A DNA stretch of 59,737 bases, counting the filler. It is 5 parts of 5 records of this genome, joined end to end, with 100 filler letters (N's around TTAATTAATTAA, not from the genome) between each part and the next. Parts side by side here need not be neighbours in the genome. Positions count along the whole stretch, not along the records: positions 49,002 to 54,355 come from SRR20825019_3039; positions 54,456 to 59,737 come from SRR20825019_3048; 3 more parts are not named here. One strand, written 5' to 3'. The translations under genes were made by a program, and so were the position numbers. Every line of letters starts with the position of its first letter. The stretch's first letter is position 1. This document shows positions 49,172-56,876 of the stretch, piece after piece. The notes below the pieces were generated by a model that saw only the letters and a program-made list of their open reading frames with translations, ran no database searches and was not told the DNA's origin.

Positions 49172-49492
49172 ATGCTCAAACTGAAATTCATCGGTAATGA
49201 CGATACCGAATACGACCTCGAGGTGCAGGACGGTTCGACCGTGATGGAAAACGCGGTGCGCAACGGCGTACCCGGCATCGAGGCGGAATGCGGCGGCGCA
49301 TGTGCCTGCGCCACCTGTCACGTCTATGTCGACGAAGCCTGGACCGCGAAGGTCGGTGAACCCGAGCCTATGGAAGAAGACATGCTCGACTTCGCAATCG
49401 ATGTGCGCGCCAATTCAAGGCTCTCCTGTCAGATCACCATGTCGGCCGAACTTGATGGCCTGACGGTGCGCGTGCCCGACAGCCAGGGCTGA
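49172..49492 (+). CDS. 2Fe-2S ferredoxin (adrenodoxin/putidaredoxin type)
   Basis: [13 protein letters not shown]...SRLSCQ. Confidence 0.95.
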   Translation: MLKLKFIGNDDTEYDLEVQDGSTVMENAVRNGVPGIEAECGGACACATCHVYVDEAWTAKVGEPEPMEEDMLDFAIDVRANSRLSCQITMSAELDGLTVRVPDSQG

Positions 49493-49526
49493 ACGCGGCA
49501 GCGGCGGGACGGCCCCGGGGAACATC

Positions 49527-50399
49527 ATGATCGAAGCGTCCGCCAGCATCTTTCTGCCGCGCCATCTTGGATGCGCGCATGGGCGCTCGCTGACGCTCGG
49601 GCCTGCCGGCGTGCTGATGGCGATCGTCAATGTGACGCCCGATTCGTTTTCCGATGGCGGACAGTTCGAAAATACCGAGGCGGCGGTCGCCTTCGGGCTT
49701 CAGGCCGTGGCGGCGGGGGCGGCAATCCTCGATATCGGCGGACAGTCGACGCGGCCGGGCGCTGCCGATGTCCGGCCTGCCGAGGAGCAGGACCGCGTCC
49801 TGCCGGTGATCGAGGCGGTTTCGGCGAGAACCGATGCGCTGATCTCCATCGACACCTATCACGCCGAAACCGCGCGGCTTGCGGTGGCCGCGGGCGCACA
49901 TATCGTCAACGACATTTCCGGCGGTACGGCCGAACCCGAGATACTGGCGGCGGCGGCAAGGAGCGGCGCTGCCTATTGCCTGATGCACACGAGCCGCAGG
50001 CCGGACACGGTCTCCGACCCGATGGCGGATCAGTTCGCCTTCCTCGAAAAGGCCCTCGGCGCGGCGCGCGCGGCGGGGCTTGACGACGATCGGCTGGTCA
50101 TCGATCCCGGTTTCGGCTTCGGCAAGGACAGCGACGTCAATCTCGAAATCATGACGCATCTGGAGCGGCTGCATGCGCTTGGCCTGCCGCTCATGATCGG
50201 AACCTCGCGCAAGCGGTTCGTCGCGGCCCTTGCCGGCGCTGACGACAATCTTTCCCGCGATTTTGCCACGGCTGCGACCACGGCGCTGCTGCGGCTTGCC
50301 GGCGGCGCGATATTCCGCGTGCACAATGTCGCGGCCAACAGGGCGGCGCTCGCCGCCGCCGATGCAATCATTTCCCGACGGTATGGAGACCGATCATGA
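49527..50399 (+). CDS. folP: Dihydropteroate synthase
   Basis: NVTPDSFSDGG, DIGG.STRPG, DPGFGF, SRKRF and RVHNV. Confidence 0.96.
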   Translation: MIEASASIFLPRHLGCAHGRSLTLGPAGVLMAIVNVTPDSFSDGGQFENTEAAVAFGLQAVAAGAAILDIGGQSTRPGAADVRPAEEQDRVLPVIEAVSARTDALISIDTYHAETARLAVAAGAHIVNDISGGTAEPEILAAAARSGAAYCLMHTSRRPDTVSDPMADQFAFLEKALGAARAAGLDDDRLVIDPGFGFGKDSDVNLEIMTHLERLHALGLPLMIGTSRKRFVAALAGADDNLSRDFATAATTALLRLAGGAIFRVHNVAANRAALAAADAIISRRYGDRS

Positions 50400-50764
50400 G
50401 CGGACGCTACACGATCACCATGAAGAACTGCGCCTTCTATGCCCGTCACGGGGTAATGCCGGAGGAGGAGCGGCTGGGGCAGCGGTTTTTCGTCGACGTC
50501 ATCGTCGATGTCGATGACGCCGCGGCACTTGCCGACGATTTTTCCGGCGCGGTGGATTACGGCGGGATCTACCCGCTGGTGGAAGAGGTGGCGACCGGCC
50601 GGCGCTTCCAGTTGATCGAGGCGCTTGCCAGCGCGATCGCCGAGGCGGTCGCGGGCTACCATCAGGCCATCAAGCGCGTCGAAGTGGCCGTGCGCAAACC
50701 CTCGGTGCCGATCCCGGGCATACTCGATCATGTTGAGGCGAGGCTGGTTCGCGATGTCCGCTGA
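50396..50764 (+). CDS. folB: Dihydroneopterin aldolase
   Basis: HGV..EE..LGQRF.VD, VDYG, LIEALA and RKP. Confidence 0.95.
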   Translation: MSGRYTITMKNCAFYARHGVMPEEERLGQRFFVDVIVDVDDAAALADDFSGAVDYGGIYPLVEEVATGRRFQLIEALASAIAEAVAGYHQAIKRVEVAVRKPSVPIPGILDHVEARLVRDVR

Positions 50765-51266
50765 ACCGGTTTTGGCCGCGCTCGGGCTCGGCGCCAATCT
50801 CGGTGATCCGGCGTCCGCCATGGCCCGCGCGTTGCGGATGCTGAATGACGGGGAGGGCGGCAAAGTCGTCGCCGTCTCGAGGCTCTACCGCACCCCGCCC
50901 TGGGGTCTGGTCGAGCAGCCGCCCTTCATCAATTGCTGCGCGCTGGTGGAAACGCATCTTTCGCCGGAGGCGCTGATGCGGCGCTGCCTTGCCATAGAAA
51001 AACAGTTGAAACGGGTGCGTGATGTTCGCTGGGGACCGCGGCTGATCGATATCGATATCCTGACCTATGGCGCCGAGGCGCTTCAAACCGAGACCGTGAC
51101 CGTCCCTCATCCGCGCATGCTGGAACGCGGCTTCGTGCTGATGCCGCTCGCCGAAATCGCGCCCGACATGGTCGTCAATGGCCGTTCGGTCGCCGAATGG
51201 GTCACCGAAGCCGATATCTCGGGGATTGTCGCAGTCAGCGATGACGGGTCGTGGTGGACGGCGTGA
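50754..51266 (+). CDS. folK: 2-amino-4-hydroxy-6-hydroxymethyldihydropteridine diphosphokinase
   Basis: LGLGANLG, Y.TPPWG, RWGPRLIDIDIL and PHPRM.ERGFVL.PL. Start moved to ATG 50754. Confidence 0.95.
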   Translation: MSAEPVLAALGLGANLGDPASAMARALRMLNDGEGGKVVAVSRLYRTPPWGLVEQPPFINCCALVETHLSPEALMRRCLAIEKQLKRVRDVRWGPRLIDIDILTYGAEALQTETVTVPHPRMLERGFVLMPLAEIAPDMVVNGRSVAEWVTEADISGIVAVSDDGSWWTA

Positions 51267-51278
51267 CGCCGCCCGCTG

Positions 51279-51824
51279 CTATTTGATCGACCCGACGGTG
51301 AAGGGATCGCCCTCGCGCTTGAGCGACAGGCCGATGACCGGAACGTAGCGGGTGCCGCCCTTGATCAGGAGTGTGATGTTGAGATCATCCTCGGTCAGGA
51401 GGCTGGTCACCAGCGCGCCCTCGACTTTCTGGCGTTTCAGCGCGATGACCGCTTTCCGATCCTCGATGCTGCCGCCGGTAACGGCCAGTCCGTCGCCATC
51501 CTCGCCGTCGAGAAACTGGCCGCGATAGCTGTCGCCGTCGCGGATGAACACGGCGGTGATCGGGTGGGAGAACAGGCCGGCGCGGCATTTCCCCTCCAGC
51601 TTGAAGCCGCCTTCGGGGCCCGTCACCGGCAGTCCGTCAATCTCGCATTTGAACCGCGTGCCTTTCAGCTTGCCTTCGACGATCTTGCCGGGCCCGACCC
51701 ATTTTCCGGCGACCTGACGGAAAAACACGTCGTCATCGCTTTCCGCAACGGCGCTTGCCGGAAGCGCCGCCACGAGGGCCGCGATCAGCAGGGCGGTGCG
51801 AAGGATGCGGGGACTGGTTGCCAT
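51279..51824 (-). CDS. Exported beta-rich hypothetical protein
   Basis: Signal peptide; GKWVGPG.I..G, two Cys and Y.G.F.DG pattern. Confidence 0.75.
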   Translation of the reverse strand: MATSPRILRTALLIAALVAALPASAVAESDDDVFFRQVAGKWVGPGKIVEGKLKGTRFKCEIDGLPVTGPEGGFKLEGKCRAGLFSHPITAVFIRDGDSYRGQFLDGEDGDGLAVTGGSIEDRKAVIALKRQKVEGALVTSLLTEDDLNITLLIKGGTRYVPVIGLSLKREGDPFTVGSIK

Positions 51825-51929
51825 CGATTGTTCCGGTTACGCAAGACATCGGTTCGGTACGTTCGGCTAATCATGACGGCGAATGGTTAAGCTTTGGTTT
51901 GCGCGCAATCTATGCTTGTAAGAACACGC

Positions 51930-52991
51930 TTATGGGTTGGAGAGGTCGCGTTTTTCGCCGGGCGCAAGATCGCCGATGAAATCGCCCATGCCTGGGCGCT
52001 TCAGGGCATAGAACGGCATCGGGCGGCACAGATCCATGGCGGCGATGCCGATGCGGGCGGTCATCAGGCCGTTGATCATGCCCTCGCCGAAACGGGCCGA
52101 AAGCCTGGAGGCGAGCCCATGGCCGAGGACCTGCTGGATCAGGCTGTCGCCGACCGCGATCGATCCGGTAACGGCCAGATGCGAGATCACATCGCGGATC
52201 AGCCGGAACATCCCCACGGAACCGGGACGTCCGCCGTAAAGCTCCGCCATGCTGCGGATCAGGCGGATCGATTCGTAGAAGACATAGAGAATATCGACGG
52301 CGGCGCGCGGGCTGATGGCGGTGACCACCGACACGCGCTTGGAGGCGTTGAGGATCAGCGCGCGCGCCTTGAGGTCGAGCGGGGCCATCATTTCGCGCTC
52401 GCAGAATTCGACGAGCTGGGGCGCATCGACCACGTCCTCGTCGAGATCCGACAGCCGCTGGCGGCCGTGCGCGGTCTCGGCCTTGGAGGCGAGCAGCGTG
52501 GCAAGCTCGCGGGCGGCAACGCGCGCGCTTGCTGCATCGCCGCCGGCATGAGCGTCGGCCATTTTCAGTTTGATATGCTGGATCGCGCCAAGCCGCATGA
52601 TCGCGATGATCTCGCGGGCCGCGACCACGAGCGCCGCCGCAACGCCGACCACCACCGCACCGAGCGCCAGCCAGCCGAGCCAGGGCGCGCGGGCAAACAG
52701 CGAGCGCACCAGATCATCGATCCACAAACCGATCGCGAGCGACAGCAGGATGCCGAAGGCGACGCCGGCAAGCTTGGAGAAGGAAAAGCCGCGCTTCTTC
52801 ATCGTGGCGACCGGGGGCTCAAGTTCATCAGCCGCGATTGCCTCCGCATCGCGCAGGAACGGGTCCTCCTCATCCGGCGTCACCTCCGGCGGGTCGAAAT
52901 GGCGTGGCGGACGGCGCGGCTCGTCTTCCTTTCGCGCGGTCTTGTCGTCGATGTCGAACACGGCTGGGCGACGGGTATGGTCAGGGCTCAT
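51930..52991 (-). CDS. ycjF: YcjF-family (UPF0283) membrane protein
   Basis: TAISP, YGGRPG, LSARFGEG.ING..TARIG.AAM..CRP; coupled to ycjX. Confidence 0.92.
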   Translation of the reverse strand: MSPDHTRRPAVFDIDDKTARKEDEPRRPPRHFDPPEVTPDEEDPFLRDAEAIAADELEPPVATMKKRGFSFSKLAGVAFGILLSLAIGLWIDDLVRSLFARAPWLGWLALGAVVVGVAAALVVAAREIIAIMRLGAIQHIKLKMADAHAGGDAASARVAARELATLLASKAETAHGRQRLSDLDEDVVDAPQLVEFCEREMMAPLDLKARALILNASKRVSVVTAISPRAAVDILYVFYESIRLIRSMAELYGGRPGSVGMFRLIRDVISHLAVTGSIAVGDSLIQQVLGHGLASRLSARFGEGMINGLMTARIGIAAMDLCRPMPFYALKRPGMGDFIGDLAPGEKRDLSNP

Positions 52992-54355
52992 GCCAGTCTG
53001 TCTCCGATCAGGAATTGCAGCGCCCGGTCGAGCCGGATATGGGGGATCGACAGCCCGCCCTCGCTGGACTCAATGTCGATTTCGGGTGGCCGGAACCGCA
53101 CGGCATTGATATCGGCAAGGCTTTCCGGCACCTCGCCACCGCGCTTCAGCATGCGGAAAAACGCCTCCGGATTGGCCGGAAGATCGCCGGGAAAGATTGC
53201 AGTTTTACGTTTTCCATCAAAGGTTTCGGTACCGATCTTCTCACCGTTTATAGGCGTTCCAACGATCACCGGCAAAACCTGGGATCCGGATTCGACGGTT
53301 GCTTCCCGCGTGGCCCGGACGGAGGCAAGCGCCATCACGTCGATCCCGGCGCCGGAGATGCCGATAGTCTTGATGGCGTCATTGACCAGCCGGCGCGTCA
53401 GTTTTTCCAGCCGGTCATGGCTTTCGTGGTGCAGGTGGTCGGCCTTGGTGGCCGCGATCAGCACCCGGTCGATCCGCCGCCGCGCAAGCGAGGAGAGCCA
53501 GGAATTACGCCCCGGACGGAAGCAGGACAGCACCTCGGACAACGCGCGCTCCAGATCGGAGATCGCCTCAGGGCCTCGGCTCAGCGCCTGCAATGTATCG
53601 ACCAGCACGACCTGGCGGTCGAGACGGGCGAAGTGGTTGCGGAAGAATGGTTTCACCACGACGGATTTATAGGCCTCAAACCGCCGCTCCATCTGGGCCG
53701 CCAGCGATCCGCGCCTGAACTTCTCGTCGCCAAGGCCCGGCAGCGGCGCGAAGGTGAGGGCGGGCGAGCCTTCGAGGTCGCCGGGCATCAGAAAACGGCC
53801 GGGGGGTAGGGTGGAGAGCGAATGCTCATCCGCCCGGCAGGCGGTCAGATAGGCTGCGAAGCTTTCATGCAGCGCCTTCACAGTCTTCTCGTCGGCCGGC
53901 GCGTCGTAATCGAGCGAGCCCGCAAGCGCCAGCCAGTCGCGGGCGAGAGTTGCGCGCGCTGGCGTATCGGCCCGCGCCTCCGTCTCGCGGCTGAAGGTGC
54001 GGAAGTCCTGCCCGAGCAGAGGCAGGTCGAGCAGCCATTCTCCTGGATAATCAACGATATCGATGGAGATCTTGCCACGCGAGAACATCCGGCTCCAGCG
54101 CCGCGCGCTCTGGTAATGGAATGTCAGGCGCAACTCGGAAACGGCACGGGTCGAATCGGGCCAGACGCGCTCGTCGACCAGCCTGTCGATATGGGTTTCG
54201 TAGTCGAAACGGGGGATCTGGTCGTCGGGCTGCTGTTCCAGCCGGATATCGGAAATGCGGCCGGAGCGCATTGCCTCGAAGAAGGGAAGGCGGCCATTGT
54301 GCAACAGGTTGTGGACCAGCGAGGCGATGAACACCGTCTTGCCCGCCCGCGACAG
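52988..54355 (-). CDS. ycjX: YcjX-family P-loop GTPase (5'-truncated)
   Basis: Frame open to contig edge: LSRAGKTVFI (Walker A), WP.STR, DYPGEWLLDL, DRQVVLVD and ATKADH. Confidence 0.93.
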   Translation of the reverse strand: MSRAGKTVFIASLVHNLLHNGRLPFFEAMRSGRISDIRLEQQPDDQIPRFDYETHIDRLVDERVWPDSTRAVSELRLTFHYQSARRWSRMFSRGKISIDIVDYPGEWLLDLPLLGQDFRTFSRETEARADTPARATLARDWLALAGSLDYDAPADEKTVKALHESFAAYLTACRADEHSLSTLPPGRFLMPGDLEGSPALTFAPLPGLGDEKFRRGSLAAQMERRFEAYKSVVVKPFFRNHFARLDRQVVLVDTLQALSRGPEAISDLERALSEVLSCFRPGRNSWLSSLARRRIDRVLIAATKADHLHHESHDRLEKLTRRLVNDAIKTIGISGAGIDVMALASVRATREATVESGSQVLPVIVGTPINGEKIGTETFDGKRKTAIFPGDLPANPEAFFRMLKRGGEVPESLADINAVRFRPPEIDIESSEGGLSIPHIRLDRALQFLIGDRLA

Positions 54356-54455
54356 NNNNNNNNNNNNNNNNNNNNNNNNNNNNNNNNNNNNNNNNNNNNT
54401 TAATTAATTAANNNNNNNNNNNNNNNNNNNNNNNNNNNNNNNNNNNNNNNNNNNN
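54356..54455. other. Artificial contig spacer
   Basis: 44 N + TTAATTAATTAA + 44 N. Confidence 0.98.
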
Positions 54456-54803
54456 GGCCATGGACGAGCCGCAAACGGAAGAAAAGCCGCCGCAGGCCAC
54501 CACCGTTGCCAGCGCCAGCCCGCCGCGCCGGTGTCTGAGCCATGCATGGGCGGACTGGTAAAGATCGCGGGCAATGCCGGACTGGACCACAAAATTGCCC
54601 ATCAGCAGAAAAAGCGGCATCACCGTCAGCGCATAGGAGCGGCCATTGTCGAAAAAGGTCGGACCGAGCAGCGACAGCGACGGTTTCAGCCCGATGATCG
54701 AAGCCGTGCCGACAAGGCCGACAATCGTCAGAGCGAACGCGATCGGCATACCGCCGAGAAGGAAAACAAGCAGCGCCGCGATACCGATGGGCCAGTCAAT
54801 CAT
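54456..54803 (-). CDS. dctM: TRAP large permease DctM (3'-truncated)
   Basis: GMPIAFAL, PLFLLMG, GGLA.A and CGSS; ATG 54803 overlaps the dctQ stop. Confidence 0.9.
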
Positions 54804-55315
54804 TGAGATCTCTTGAAAAGCGCGGCGAAGGCCAGCGTGAAGGTGATGACGGCTGCTATAACGGTAAAGACAGCGCAAAACCAGACCACCGGCGCAACCG
54901 GCAGGCGCAGGCTGTTGGTGACGAGATTATATCCGGCAACCTGATCGCCATAGACCCCAAGCCGCCATCCGATAACGATAAGCACCACCGATGAGATGAT
55001 GCCGGTGACGAACAGCCGGGGGCGCTCCATTGCGCGTGGCAGGCTTTTGGTCACAAGGTCAACGGTGACATGGCCGCCATCAAGACAGACAACGGGCAGG
55101 CCGAGAAATACGGTCGCCACCAGAAGAAGTTCGGACAATTCCGAGGCGCCTTTGACAGGCGCGTTCAAAAGATAGCGTCCGATCACATCGCAGACGGTCA
55201 GCCCCATCAGTGCCATCAGCAGGATACCGGCGGTCACGGTCAGGACAAGACGAAGGCCGCGGGCAATTGCGCTCGCGGCCTTGCGGTCATGGACGGTTAA
55301 ATCAGCTTCGCTCAT
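54800..55315 (-). CDS. dctQ: TRAP small permease DctQ
   Basis: DVIGRYLLNAP..G..E and HVTVD; four TMs. Confidence 0.92.
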   Translation of the reverse strand: MSEADLTVHDRKAASAIARGLRLVLTVTAGILLMALMGLTVCDVIGRYLLNAPVKGASELSELLLVATVFLGLPVVCLDGGHVTVDLVTKSLPRAMERPRLFVTGIISSVVLIVIGWRLGVYGDQVAGYNLVTNSLRLPVAPVVWFCAVFTVIAAVITFTLAFAALFKRSQ

Positions 55316-56328
55316 TCACCCTGCAATTCTTCGATATTCTTTTCCATTATCGCATAGGCTTCGTCCGAAGACACACCGGCCTCATCAATCTCGGCCAGTT
55401 TGGCGGCCACAACAGGCTCGACCATATTGGCAATGGCATCGATCTGATTGGGGGTCGCGACGTTGAAGGTTACATGCTCCCGCATCGCCTCCAGGCCGGC
55501 AGCATCGGCCGCATCCCAGGCCTTGCCCGCCAACCGTGCCAGCGCTTCGCCGGACACAGAGTTGATCGCGTCCTGATCTTCCGGCGACAGGCTTTCCCAT
55601 TTGGCCTTGTTCATGACCACGAAGAACGAGGTGTTATATAGTCCGCCGGGTACGATCAGCGCCTGATCGACGAGATCCGTCAGGCCGAAGAAATTGACTG
55701 ATTCATACGGAAACATGATGCCGTCAGCAACGCCCTGCGAAAGAAGCTCATAGGTCTGCGAGGACGGGCCTTCAACGGGAACTGCACCGAGGGCGGAGGC
55801 GATTTCATGAACGATTCCGCCACCAACGCGGATCTTCGCGCCATCAAGTGCTTCCAGATTGGAAAGCTCCTTGCCTTTCAGGAAGGTCTGGCCAGGGCCA
55901 TGGGTGAAGACGCCGAGAACGTGCACGTCGTCATATTCTCCCGCCTCTTTCAGCAGCGCATCCCATGTGCGCCAGTAAGCAACGGATGTGACCTCGGCCG
56001 TATCGCCCCAGAACGGAATTTCGGCAAGATTGGTGGTGCGAAACCGGCCCGGATTATAGCCCTGAACGCCGAAGGTGATATCGGCAACGCCATTGACGGC
56101 AAGGTCATATTGCGCCGGCGGGGGGCCGAGCGGGGCGGGCAACATGTTGACCGTTACGCGGCCGTCTGTCGCCGTCTTGATGCTTTCGCCGAAAGGTACC
56201 ATCACGTCGGCTACCAACGGGTGTGAGGGCGGCAGCCAGTTGGCAAGCCTCAGGGTTTCGGCAAGTGCCGCCTGGCTTGCAAACAGGGCGCAGCCCATAA
56301 TCATGGCCGATTTCAGGATGGTTTTCAT
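55312..56328 (-). CDS. dctP: TRAP substrate-binding protein DctP
   Basis: Start moved to ATG 56328 (signal peptide MKTILKS...ALA); WLPPSH, GVADI, PGRF, KIRVGG and MNKAKW. Confidence 0.92.
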   Translation of the reverse strand: MKTILKSAMIMGCALFASQAALAETLRLANWLPPSHPLVADVMVPFGESIKTATDGRVTVNMLPAPLGPPPAQYDLAVNGVADITFGVQGYNPGRFRTTNLAEIPFWGDTAEVTSVAYWRTWDALLKEAGEYDDVHVLGVFTHGPGQTFLKGKELSNLEALDGAKIRVGGGIVHEIASALGAVPVEGPSSQTYELLSQGVADGIMFPYESVNFFGLTDLVDQALIVPGGLYNTSFFVVMNKAKWESLSPEDQDAINSVSGEALARLAGKAWDAADAAGLEAMREHVTFNVATPNQIDAIANMVEPVVAAKLAEIDEAGVSSDEAYAIMEKNIEELQGE

Positions 56329-56588
56329 GTGTTCTTGTTCCGCTCCGGTAGGGTCTTTTGTGGTTCCGCAAAGCTGGACCAGCTGAGGCAGCCTTGTCAA
56401 TGCGCAATGCGCCGCTCTGTGGCGGGTTTGGGTGACTTTTACCCGGTATTGCAGACGGTTTTCCGTTTCGTGTTCACGCATGGGAGGCAGGCCCGGTTTC
56501 ATCGCCCGCGGCAGGTCTTCGGTCCGGTTTGACGGGATCAGCGAGTACGGTTGAAGAAATCGGATCATATGTCAATTTGAAACAATTG

Positions 56589-56602
56589 CTGAAACGTTTC
56601 AG
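56589..56602. promoter_or_regulatory. LacI-family operator-like perfect palindrome CTGAAACGTTTCAG
   Basis: 14-bp perfect inverted repeat with central CG and the AAACGTTT core typical of LacI/GalR sites; lies in the divergent dctP/GH94 intergenic region. Confidence 0.7.
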
Positions 56603-56876
56603 TTTGTTGCTTTAGTTTCACCGAATGGCGTTTGTTTCGCTTCGGTTCAACGCTGATTTTGCGTTCGAATATAGGGAGAGAGTTTTACGTAAAATATGGA
56701 TATCATCGCTTAAAAGCGGTTTGAGTTGTAATTTATGCCGGAAATTGCAATGTTCTGCTTCCGGGTGGCGGAATTATATGTTAGAAAATCTGCCGCAGGA
56801 GGAGGCTGGGCCGCGCGATCTGAAACGATACTGTTTTCTGGTTTTGTCGGTCAGCAGAAACAGACGGGATTTCATC

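Noticed and set aside
49172..54355. fdx-folP-folB-folK converging on ycjX-ycjF as a novel system
   Set aside because: All are known families, and the arrangement appears to be ordinary Rhizobiales housekeeping synteny.
31958..54455. Recurrent TTAATTAATTAA palindrome
   Set aside because: Always centred in an identical N run; an artificial six-frame-stop linker, not a biological repeat or att site.
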